Shown here one piece after another: positions 55,679-63,950 of a DNA stretch of 64,000 nucleotides. Each line of letters starts with the position of its first letter. Position 1 is the first letter of the stretch. Both the position numbers and the translations under genes were made by a program. The notes under the pieces were generated by a model. The model made no database searches and had not been told where the DNA came from. It saw nothing but the letters and a program-made list of their open reading frames with translations. This DNA is from Patescibacteria group bacterium (lineage in GTDB: Bacteria; Patescibacteriota; JAQUNI01): assembly GCA_028717685.1 (NCBI GenBank), contig JAQUNI010000001.1, positions 633,329-697,328 of the forward strand, read 5' to 3'.

Positions 55679-57922
55679 GTGATGGAAGAAGTTAATGTAT
55701 TTATTCCCGGGAAGATTGTGCGGTTGTCGGTAGAAGATATAGAAGGTAATCAAAGCGAGGAACGCTTTAAGGTTCAAAGGAGACTCGGCACGGGTTACGC
55801 TGGCGAAGTCTATCTCTTGACCCATCAGGATTCAAAAGAGAAGGTGGTCTTGAAAATTCTGCGTTCGGGCAATTTTTTAAAGAGAATTATCGCGCTCTTG
55901 GCGCGGCTATTCGCCACTTCTGATTTTGCTTGGTGTGAGGCGGAGGTAAAGATGGCGGTTTTGCACCGTACGCTTTTACCCCTTGCAGTTAAAAAGAGGA
56001 TAGGAAGAGATTATCTCATCCCTTCTTGGCGCCGCAGTTATACTCGGATTCCAGAAAAGAAGGCGTGGGGAATTTTTTTAGAGTATGATGATCTCCGTTC
56101 TGCCTATCACGGGACATTGTCCGGAGTAGATGATCTAGAGGTTAAAGAGCGGGCGAGGACAGCCCATATTTTGATTGATTATTTCAAGGGGATTGGCGCC
56201 CTTGCCTTTGCTTGGCAGTTTAATCATTTTAAGCGCGAGCCGAGAGGCAAATGGTATGTTTGGTGCACTTTGTTTTGCGCCTTAGCCGTTCTTCTTCTCA
56301 CCATCTTTCTAAATCTTCCTTATGACCCGAAAGTGAATATGCTGGGGGTTTTGTGCCTCTTTTTCGGTCTCGCGGGCGCCTCTTGGTTATCCGCAGATAA
56401 TCTGAAGAAAAGTGAAAAGCACGGATTTTTCCGCGGTCCGGATTTAGAGCTTGGAATGCCGCACATTGGATTCTGTCTGCCTGTAGGGTTTCTGGTTGTG
56501 TCAGCTCTCTTCCTGATGCATAAATTTTGGGGACTTTCTCCCTCTTGGGCGATTTTTTTAGCCTTACTCTTTTCTCCGGGCTATCTTTTCTTGTTCGAGT
56601 TGCCCTTGTTTTGGGAGAATATCAAGAAGGGTTACCCTATTCCTTTCGGACAATTAGAGATAGAGGAATTTGCTTATGCTTTTGGGGGTGATCCGGAATT
56701 AAAAGAAGATATTGAGCAATATCGCTCTCTGCTTTATCAGTTTGAGTCGGGAAGGCTTAATCCGATTAATCGTTTGTTCGCTTTGTTGGTTTTAAGGCGG
56801 CTTTTGCCTTTTTCCGGGCGGGAATGGCGGCGGCGCACTATTGAACGTTGGGGACTAAAGGGAAAAAACACTTCAGGGCAAGCGCAGAAGATGTGGGAAA
56901 GTTTTGCTTATTATTTTTTCTTTCTGGCGGTAAGTTTGTTTGGTATAATCCCTTGGCGTTTTATGCTGGACCGTGCTTTTCGCCAGAGGCAAATCGTTTA
57001 TTGGAAGATGAGGCGGCTGGAAAAGATGTTGCAAAAAGGACAGATAAGCCGTCGGACAGCGAGAGAATTAGCTCTAGATAGAGTAAGCTTATTTTCTTTT
57101 TTCCTAAGCTCCGTTTTAATTCGGAAGTTTTATCGCCTTGCTTTTGAGCGGCATTATCGGAGGCTTTTTCTGCGCAATACTTTCAAGATTTTCTGGAACA
57201 GAGAGTTTCTGAAAAGGCGGGCGGTCGCTCGTTTTCAGCGCTATCTGACGAATCAAAGGCGCGATGGCCGCATCACAGACCAATATTATTACAGGATAAA
57301 GCGTTTGCAAGAAGTAACCGCTATTCACTGGTGGTTAATCCTGTATTTTAGCTTGCTTGCCCCTAAGTCAATCACCTGGTCTGTGCGCATCGCGGCAATT
57401 TCAGGGTTTTTGATGGCTCGGAAGTTATTAGACATAATGCCGGGATTGCCTAACTGGCTTGCCGAGATCATCAGGTATGATATTGTTCCGCACGTGCCGG
57501 GCTGGCTTGCCGTCATTCTTTTAGCGATGGGGATTACAGCCTTATATGAGATTGTGGCCACACTAATCTTCGGAGCGTTTTTTCTCCTGCGGCTTATTCC
57601 GCGGCTGAAGATGGAGAGGTTTCTAGCGGGTCGAGTTATCGTGGCTTTGTTGAATTTTTTCCTGTATGTTATTTTCGCTTGCCTAAACGGCATTCCCGGG
57701 TTTTCTATCGTGGGAGTGCCGTTGGCTGTGTCTTCAACCCCTTACCGCTCTCCCTTTTGGCTGTTGACGATAATCCGTTGGCAGTCATTGTTCTTGGGAT
57801 TTATCCGTCTCATATCCCTTGGGATGTGGGATAAAGGAGGACTGGGGGAATTCTATTTTGCCGAGCTTGGCGTTAACAGCCAAGCCCGTATTATCCTTAA
57901 ACTTTGTGCCCTGCCTGCTTGA
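55679..57922 (+). CDS. Large polytopic membrane protein with N-terminal soluble domain, hypothetical
   Basis: Roughly 150 aa soluble N-terminal region then more than 12 TM helices. R-rich cytoplasmic loops. Confidence 0.5.
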   Translation: MMEEVNVFIPGKIVRLSVEDIEGNQSEERFKVQRRLGTGYAGEVYLLTHQDSKEKVVLKILRSGNFLKRIIALLARLFATSDFAWCEAEVKMAVLHRTLLPLAVKKRIGRDYLIPSWRRSYTRIPEKKAWGIFLEYDDLRSAYHGTLSGVDDLEVKERARTAHILIDYFKGIGALAFAWQFNHFKREPRGKWYVWCTLFCALAVLLLTIFLNLPYDPKVNMLGVLCLFFGLAGASWLSADNLKKSEKHGFFRGPDLELGMPHIGFCLPVGFLVVSALFLMHKFWGLSPSWAIFLALLFSPGYLFLFELPLFWENIKKGYPIPFGQLEIEEFAYAFGGDPELKEDIEQYRSLLYQFESGRLNPINRLFALLVLRRLLPFSGREWRRRTIERWGLKGKNTSGQAQKMWESFAYYFFFLAVSLFGIIPWRFMLDRAFRQRQIVYWKMRRLEKMLQKGQISRRTARELALDRVSLFSFFLSSVLIRKFYRLAFERHYRRLFLRNTFKIFWNREFLKRRAVARFQRYLTNQRRDGRITDQYYYRIKRLQEVTAIHWWLILYFSLLAPKSITWSVRIAAISGFLMARKLLDIMPGLPNWLAEIIRYDIVPHVPGWLAVILLAMGITALYEIVATLIFGAFFLLRLIPRLKMERFLAGRVIVALLNFFLYVIFACLNGIPGFSIVGVPLAVSSTPYRSPFWLLTIIRWQSLFLGFIRLISLGMWDKGGLGEFYFAELGVNSQARIILKLCALPA

Positions 57923-58002
57923 AAAACAGCGCAGGGTTTTTTTATTTTGTATTTTGAATTACGAAATATATTTTGTCATTGTGGGCGATTTTTTCTCCTC
58001 TT

Positions 58003-58128
58003 GACCTGCGGGAGGTGGGGAGGGGTCTAATTTATAGATAGATGACTATTCTCCCACCCCCTCCCCGCCCGCCTCGCCTGAAGCGAAGCGATGGCGGGCA
58101 GGCATCTCCCCCTCGGGCAGGGGGAGTG
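58003..58128. other. GC-rich structured island (G-tract/C-tract hairpins)
   Basis: GGGAGGTGGGGAGGGG...CTCCCACCCCCTCCCCGCCCGCCTCGCC...GGCGGGCAGGC...CTCCCCCTCGGGCAGGGGGAG. GC content is far above the local background. Confidence 0.5.
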
Positions 58129-58169
58129 GATACATTTCGTAATTCAAGCTTTTGTAATATAATGGGGTT

Positions 58170-58847
58170 ATGATAAACAATAGAATTTCCCGAGCCGTCA
58201 TTCAAAAAATAGAAAAAGAAGCTAAAGCATATTTTCGCGGCGCGAGCGGCTGCCACGACTGGAGTCATGTGGAAAGGGTCTTAAAGCTTGCGCTTCATTT
58301 GGGTCGCAGAGAAAAAGCGGATTTAGGCATTTTAGAGGTCGCGGCTTTATTGCATGATATCGGACGGCGCGAAGAAATGAAGGCGAAAGGCGCTTTCTGC
58401 CATGCTGAAGCTGGGTCTGCCTTGGCGCAAAAAATTCTAGGGAAGTATAAATTTAATAAAGACACGGTGAGGAATATTATTCATTGCATCAGGACTCACC
58501 GTTTTCGCGACCGCCGGAATGTTCCGAAAACCATTGAAGCTAAAGCGCTGTTTGACGCAGATAAACTGGATTCGATCGGCGCGGTGGGTTTGGGACGCGC
58601 CTTTCTCTTCGCGGGTGGTCCGGGTTCGGGCAATCTTTATACGGGCAATGAGAGACATTTAGCGAAAACAGGACGCGACTACTCTTTTACCAAAGAGGAC
58701 TCTGCTTTTCTGGAATACGAAATTAAACTGAAAAAAATTAAAGATGTAATGCTTACTGCAAGCGGCAGGAGGATTGCCCTTGGCCGGCATCGTTTTATGG
58801 TTAATTTTTGGCAGCAGTTTTGGCAGGAGGTAGAGGGGAGAAAATAA
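58170..58847 (+). CDS. HD-domain phosphohydrolase
   Basis: H..H...HDIGR motifs (CHDWSHVERV...AALLHDIGRRE...D). Confidence 0.8.
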   Translation: MINNRISRAVIQKIEKEAKAYFRGASGCHDWSHVERVLKLALHLGRREKADLGILEVAALLHDIGRREEMKAKGAFCHAEAGSALAQKILGKYKFNKDTVRNIIHCIRTHRFRDRRNVPKTIEAKALFDADKLDSIGAVGLGRAFLFAGGPGSGNLYTGNERHLAKTGRDYSFTKEDSAFLEYEIKLKKIKDVMLTASGRRIALGRHRFMVNFWQQFWQEVEGRK

Positions 58848-58861
58848 TTTTATAAAAATTT

Positions 58862-59422
58862 ATGCACAAATGGAAATGTCAAAAATCAGAACTCATTTTG
58901 GATACGAAATATTTTAAAGTGCGCAGGGATACTGTCAAATTACCGAATCAAGAAATAGTAGAATGGATTTATTGGGACAGCAAAGATTCGGCAATGGTTT
59001 TAGGTATGACTTTTGATAAAAAGCTGGTAATGATTCAGCAGTACCGTTATTTAGCGGACAGAGAGGTATTGGAATTTCCCTCCGGCGGCTTGCATAACAA
59101 TGAGAATATTGAGGAATGCGCGCGGCGGGAATTTGAAGAAGAAAGCGGGTATAGGTGCGGTCAACTAATTAAACTTGGTTCATTTTATGAAACCTATGGC
59201 CAGCTCAATCGCAAAATCCATTTCTTTTTCGCGCCGCAAGTGCAAAAAACCAAACAGAATCTGGATCAAGGCGAAAAAGGTTTTGAAGATATCAAGGTAG
59301 AGCTCGTGGAGTTTAAGGACGCGGTGCGGATGGCATCCGACAATACTATTGTCGCTATGGGCTCGGCTTTGGCAATTTTGTTGCTAAAGGAGAAGATAGA
59401 AAATAAGGAGATTAAAATTTGA
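58862..59422 (+). CDS. NUDIX hydrolase (ADP-ribose pyrophosphatase-like)
   Basis: Nudix box GGLHNNENIEECARREFEEESGY. Confidence 0.8.
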   Translation: MHKWKCQKSELILDTKYFKVRRDTVKLPNQEIVEWIYWDSKDSAMVLGMTFDKKLVMIQQYRYLADREVLEFPSGGLHNNENIEECARREFEEESGYRCGQLIKLGSFYETYGQLNRKIHFFFAPQVQKTKQNLDQGEKGFEDIKVELVEFKDAVRMASDNTIVAMGSALAILLLKEKIENKEIKI

Positions 59423-59434
59423 AACTATTCATTT

Positions 59435-60088
59435 ATGGCGAGTTTTAAAACCCATATTTCCTTTGGGATCATTTTAGGTATTGTAGCGATGGTTGCGGTT
59501 TTGTTTTACACCTCGCTTGCTAGCGGTTTTTTGTTTTCCGTTTTATTTTTTTTAGCCATTGTTTTAGGTTCCTTTCTGCCTGATTTTGACAGTGATGAAA
59601 GTATGCCCTTTCAAATTGTTTTCGGATTAGCGGCTTTGGTTTCCGCAGCGATCATTTTGATTTATTTTTATAAGCAAGATCCGCATAACTTTAAATTTTT
59701 AATCGGCGCGCCCCTTGCCGTTTTTATTTTTGTCCGATTTATTTTGGGCGCGATTTTTAAAAAGTTTACCCACCACCGCGGTATTTTTCATTCATTGCCG
59801 ATGATGGGTGCGGCGGCGCTCTCTGCGCTTTTAATCTTCAGCCAATTTAATTTTTCGCCCCGCGAAAAGATTCTGCTCGCAGGCGGGGTGGGCTTGGGAT
59901 TTTTAGGGCATCTTATTTTGGATGAACTGAAATCAGCTACACGCTTCAGAGGGATTTTTTTGATTCCGAGCCATTCCTTGGGGAGCGCTTTGAAACTGGT
60001 ATCGCGATCGCGGATTGCAACTGTTTTTCTTTATTTAATTTTAGCGGTTTTAATTGGTTCAAACTGGCCAATCCTGAAGCAATTTTGA
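59435..60088 (+). CDS. Polytopic membrane protein (possibly YdjM/DUF457-like membrane hydrolase)
   Basis: Six predicted TM helices. The N-terminal MASFKTHISFG resembles the DUF457 start. Weak similarity. Confidence 0.45.
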   Translation: MASFKTHISFGIILGIVAMVAVLFYTSLASGFLFSVLFFLAIVLGSFLPDFDSDESMPFQIVFGLAALVSAAIILIYFYKQDPHNFKFLIGAPLAVFIFVRFILGAIFKKFTHHRGIFHSLPMMGAAALSALLIFSQFNFSPREKILLAGGVGLGFLGHLILDELKSATRFRGIFLIPSHSLGSALKLVSRSRIATVFLYLILAVLIGSNWPILKQF

Positions 60089-60181
60089 ATGGATTAGCGA
60101 CAGCCCTTGAAGAGACTACTATATAAGACCATCTTTAAGATGTCGTTCTGGGAGATTATGTGGTAAAATAGAAATAGAAAT

Positions 60182-60336
60182 AGGACTTTCGCGTTGGGTA
60201 ATAATTAAATTGAATATACTTATTGTCATTCCCGCCCCGTAATAAATACGGGGTAAACTCCAGCGGGAATCCAGGATTAGTGCTATCAATCTGGATCCCC
60301 GATCGGGTCGGGGATGACATTAAACGCGAAAGTCCT
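60182..60336 (+). other. Structured element with 14-bp perfect terminal inverted repeats (candidate cis-regulatory RNA, ncRNA or MITE)
   Basis: AGGACTTTCGCGTT...AACGCGAAAGTCCT enclose three hairpins (TTCCCGC[CCCCGTAATAAATACGGGG]...GCGGGAA; CCAGGATT...AATCTGG; TCCCCGA-TCGGG-TCGGGGA). It ends 17 nt upstream of the ATG at 60354. Confidence 0.5.
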
Positions 60337-60353
60337 GAAATTAAAATAAAAAT

Positions 60354-62405
60354 ATGGAGAACAATCAAAATTTAGAGGCCTTACTTCCGGAAAACCGAAA
60401 GCCATCTCCGAAGAAAAAAAAGCGAGCTAGTAAAGTAGTAGCTATTATTATTGCCGTTCTTCTTTTGGGAATAATGGTTATCTTAGGTATTCAGAGACTG
60501 ACTTTCAAACCGACTTCGATTCTTACCCCTTCTCTTCCCTCCGTCACTCGTAAGACCGAGGAGGTGAAAAAATTTGAGGGGGCGCAGGATTTCAAAGCTT
60601 ATCTGGAAAAGGGGGCTATGCTTTCCGACAGCAGCTACTATCCTTCCGGCGCGGGTTTAGGGGGCAATCTTTTAAGGGAGGGAATGCCGACTTCAGAAGC
60701 AGCCGCGCCTACTGCCGCGCCTACTGATCTTGCCAAAGAGACTCCTTCTTCCGAAAGAGCTTCCGAAACCAATGTTCAGGTGGCGGGAATTGATGAGCCG
60801 GATATTGTCAAAACCGACGGCAAGGAGATTTATTATTCCGGAACGAACCGCTATTATCCTCTATATAGTGAAGGATCAGAGAGCGTTCCTCCCTACAGCG
60901 AGGCAAAAACACGGATTTTGAGGGCTTTTCCACCTGAAGATTTAGCCAAGAAATCCGAAATTGACAAGACAGGCAATTTACTTTTGGATAAAGATATTTT
61001 GATTGTCTTTTCGGAGCCGAATATCATAGGCTACAATGTCGCCGACCCGGAGAAGCCGGAAAAGAAATGGGAGCTTGCGCTGGAAGAGAGCACTGCTCTA
61101 GTAGCGGCGCGTTTATATCAAGACAAAATCTATTTAGTAACCCGCAATCAAATTAACGGAAATGAGCCTTGTCCGATTAAACCCTTGAGCGTGAACGGGG
61201 TCGCTTTAGAGTTTTCTTGCGGAGATATTTATCATCCTTCTGAAGTTATTCCCGTGGATGTGACTTTTATGGCGATGACTATTGATCCCGACTCGGGCAA
61301 GGTGGAGGATAAAATTTCCTTTGTGGGTTCTTCAGGCTCTTCGGTAGTTTATATGTCTTCCGGCGCGCTCTATGTGACCTATACTTATTACTCGAGCGTG
61401 GCGGGATTTTTATTTGACTTTTATAAAAACAAAGCCTCGGATTTAATTTCCGAAGACGCTTTAAAGAAGTTGGAGAAAATTAAGGATTATGACTTGAGCG
61501 AGCGGGCGCGCCTCACGGAAATTGAGGTTATTCTGGCTAATTATGCGGCGTCGCTCGCGTCTGATGAAGCTTTAAGAATAGAGAATGAAACCACAAACCG
61601 TATGGCGGCTTACCAAAAAGAACATCAAAGGGAATTGGAAAAAACAGGAATTGTGAAGATAGGACTAGATAAAGGTTTAGAAGTGCAGGCGGCGGGGGCA
61701 GTGGCGGGTCGTCCCTTAAATCAATTTGCCCTGGATGAATATGAAAGCAATTTGCGCGTTGCCACGACGGTGGGCGGGCGAAGCGGATTTATAGGACAAG
61801 CAGAGAGCGCCAATGATGTTTATATTCTAGATAAAGAATTAGAGCCGAAAGGTCAAGTCCATGATTTGGGGGTTAGCGAGCGGATTTACGCGGTGCGGTT
61901 TATTGAAGACAAGGGTTATGTGGTGACCTTTAAAGAGACTGACCCTTTTTATGTTTTAGACTTAAGTAATCCCGAAAAGCCAGTGATGGCTGGAGAGCTT
62001 AAAATCCCGGGTTATTCTGGTTATTTGCATCCCATTACCAAGGATAAAATTTTAGGCATTGGCGAAGAAAATGGCAAAGTCAAAATTTCTTTTTTTGATG
62101 TTTCTACTGCCGCCAATCCCAAAGAATTGGACAAGTACCTTTTAGATGAATATTACTCCGCTGTTCTGGAAACGCATCATGCCTTCCTTCTGGATAAAAA
62201 GCATAATGTCTTTTTTCTGCCCGGGGAAAAGGGGGGATATATTTTTTCTTACGGGGATGAAAAGTTGAAACTGGTGAAAGCGGTTTCGGAATTTAATGTG
62301 GAACGCGCGATCTATCTTGATGACTATCTGTATATTATCAGCAACAGCAAGATCACCGTGCTCAATGAGACGAATTGGGAAACGGTCAAAGAATTGTCAT
62401 TTTAA
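60354..62405 (+). CDS. Beta-propeller domain-containing secreted/anchored protein (PF09826-like)
   Basis: N-terminal TM helix. VQVAGIDEPDIVKTDGKEIYY matches the conserved E(A/P)DIVKTDG motif of the Beta_propel family. Confidence 0.65.
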   Translation: MENNQNLEALLPENRKPSPKKKKRASKVVAIIIAVLLLGIMVILGIQRLTFKPTSILTPSLPSVTRKTEEVKKFEGAQDFKAYLEKGAMLSDSSYYPSGAGLGGNLLREGMPTSEAAAPTAAPTDLAKETPSSERASETNVQVAGIDEPDIVKTDGKEIYYSGTNRYYPLYSEGSESVPPYSEAKTRILRAFPPEDLAKKSEIDKTGNLLLDKDILIVFSEPNIIGYNVADPEKPEKKWELALEESTALVAARLYQDKIYLVTRNQINGNEPCPIKPLSVNGVALEFSCGDIYHPSEVIPVDVTFMAMTIDPDSGKVEDKISFVGSSGSSVVYMSSGALYVTYTYYSSVAGFLFDFYKNKASDLISEDALKKLEKIKDYDLSERARLTEIEVILANYAASLASDEALRIENETTNRMAAYQKEHQRELEKTGIVKIGLDKGLEVQAAGAVAGRPLNQFALDEYESNLRVATTVGGRSGFIGQAESANDVYILDKELEPKGQVHDLGVSERIYAVRFIEDKGYVVTFKETDPFYVLDLSNPEKPVMAGELKIPGYSGYLHPITKDKILGIGEENGKVKISFFDVSTAANPKELDKYLLDEYYSAVLETHHAFLLDKKHNVFFLPGEKGGYIFSYGDEKLKLVKAVSEFNVERAIYLDDYLYIISNSKITVLNETNWETVKELSF

Positions 62406-62444
62406 CCGTGGTTTATATCTAATCAATTTTCTTGAAGAAATTTT

Positions 62445-62777
62445 ATGCTTGAATCCGATTCGCGAAGAGCGGAGTTTCAAGGTTCTTCCCATGAGGAGGA
62501 GGCAGAAGCGCCGAAGAAGAAACCCTACAAATTAGTGGGTAATCTTAGCGGACAGAATGTAGAAATTTATACCCACGCTCACGATTTAGGCGAGGCAATC
62601 CATAACGCTGGATACCAATTGGAAGAAAAATATCGTGAACCGGAATATAGCCGCATTCCATATTTAAAAAAAAGATTTATGGAAAAGGTGATAGTGTATT
62701 GTCAGGAAGACGCAGATTCCGATTGGACTAAGATTGATTCCGGGGAAGTGAATAAGATACTAACTTGGAGGAAATGA
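62445..62777 (+). CDS. Hypothetical small protein
   Basis: 110 aa, soluble. No recognised motif. Confidence 0.4.
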   Translation: MLESDSRRAEFQGSSHEEEAEAPKKKPYKLVGNLSGQNVEIYTHAHDLGEAIHNAGYQLEEKYREPEYSRIPYLKKRFMEKVIVYCQEDADSDWTKIDSGEVNKILTWRK

Positions 62778-62848
62778 GAAAGGAAGGGATAATTTAACGC
62801 CCTTTAATTTAACCCGAATATTATCAATAATTAAAATTGCTTGGCACT

Positions 62849-62873
62849 CCTGCCTGCGTTCGTGGCAGGCAGG
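62849..62873. repeat. CCTGCCTGC hairpin (family D copy 2)
   Basis: CCTGCCTGC-GTTCGTG-GCAGGCAGG. Related to 17984-18027 (CATTCCTGCCTGCC...TCTGCCAGCAGGCATG). Confidence 0.5.
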
Positions 62874-62893
62874 TTAATGCGGGCTAAAAAATT

Positions 62894-63532
62894 ATGGCAC
62901 AAGTTCAAGCACCTTCCGCTCCTTCATCAGGGGGGAACAAAAAAACAATTATTTTGATTGTGGTGATTGTTATCGTTGTGTGCGTTGTCGGCGCGGGGGT
63001 CGGCGGCTATTTGATTTTCAGAAAAATTAAGACAGCGGCGAAGAACAAAATTGAACAGACACTTACCAATCCTGCCGAGAATGGAGATTTATTGAATAAG
63101 CTTTCTGAAGAGGCAGATAACAGCGATGAGGCGGCGGAAGATTTTAAAAGGGTGGAAGATGTGGAAATAGCTGACAGTTATTTGAAGACATTGGATTCAA
63201 GCTTTCGCCCTGTACTCACGAGCGTTTTCGGCGAAGTAAAAATTACCAACTATCAGACTGATTATTTAGGTTTGGACATGGGTCAACAATTCTTGGAATA
63301 CACAGTGAGCCGCAATATCGTGGCGCGTGATCTAAATGCTATTTTGAGCAGTTTAAAACAAGCCGGTTACACGGTAGGAAGCAGCAACCAAGATAAAGAT
63401 GGGGCGAGTATATTGGCGGAGAAAAGTGGAGTCTCTTTAGAAATTACTTACTGGCATGATGATTCCACAATTGGCGTGGTCATAACACCCGTTGTTAAAG
63501 ATGAAACTAACGGGGACGGAACAGCGGAGTAA
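62894..63532 (+). CDS. Membrane-anchored hypothetical protein
   Basis: N-terminal TM helix (IILIVVIVIVVCVVGAGVGGYLIF). 212 aa. Confidence 0.45.
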   Translation: MAQVQAPSAPSSGGNKKTIILIVVIVIVVCVVGAGVGGYLIFRKIKTAAKNKIEQTLTNPAENGDLLNKLSEEADNSDEAAEDFKRVEDVEIADSYLKTLDSSFRPVLTSVFGEVKITNYQTDYLGLDMGQQFLEYTVSRNIVARDLNAILSSLKQAGYTVGSSNQDKDGASILAEKSGVSLEITYWHDDSTIGVVITPVVKDETNGDGTAE

Positions 63533-63537
63533 TTTTA

Positions 63538-63577
63538 ACCCGTTAGAAATAAATTCTAACGGGGCATAACGGGGTTT
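63538..63577 (+). terminator. Family-C conserved hairpin copy 3
   Basis: CCCGTTAGAA-ATAAA-TTCTAACGGG then a second AACGGGGTTT. Starts 6 nt after the stop codon. Confidence 0.6.
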
Positions 63578-63629
63578 ACACCACTGGCGGCTTGCAGTAA
63601 AATAAAACTAGAAACTAAATATAAAATTT

Positions 63630-63950
63630 ATGACCAAAAAGAAAAAAGATTCCAGTAATTCCTTGGAAGATTTTATTATTAATTTATTAAAAGACAAGGG
63701 TTTAGCGGGCGAAGACAAGATGGTTTTTGAGCAATTAAAAAGCGATTTGATGGGTGATTTAGAAGAAAGGATTAATGCAGCAATCTTGGCGGCGATGCCC
63801 GAAGAAAGGCTTGCTAGTTTTGAGAAGATATTAGACACGGGCAGCGCGGCTGAAATCCAGAAATTTTGTATGGAAAATGTGCCTAATTTATCTGAAATTA
63901 CGGCTTTGGAAATGCTTAATTTTCGCAAGACCTATTTGACCGCCATTTAA
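63630..63950 (+). CDS. Hypothetical small helical protein
   Basis: Charged helical 106 aa. Preferred over the overlapping minus-strand S/L-rich ORF. Confidence 0.4.
   Translation: MTKKKKDSSNSLEDFIINLLKDKGLAGEDKMVFEQLKSDLMGDLEERINAAILAAMPEERLASFEKILDTGSAAEIQKFCMENVPNLSEITALEMLNFRKTYLTAI

Noticed and set aside
58032-58268. 78-aa minus-strand ORF across the GC-rich island
   Set aside because: Its translation is driven by the G/C tracts (RGGRGGGGR). It has no RBS and overlaps the HD gene start region.
60182-60336. Possible FMN riboswitch or RNase P fragment, considered because of GAAAGUCC-like strings
   Set aside because: Only a 7-nt resemblance exists. The FMN-element conserved GGGUGAAAUUCCC/CCGACGGU cores are absent, as is the RNase P P4 GGAAAGUCCGGGCUC. 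The element is far too short for RNase P. It is kept as an unclassified structured element.
63608-63928. 106-aa minus-strand ORF overlapping CDS 63630-63950
   Set aside because: It is an S/L/K-rich low-complexity shadow. The plus-strand product looks like a genuine charged helical protein.
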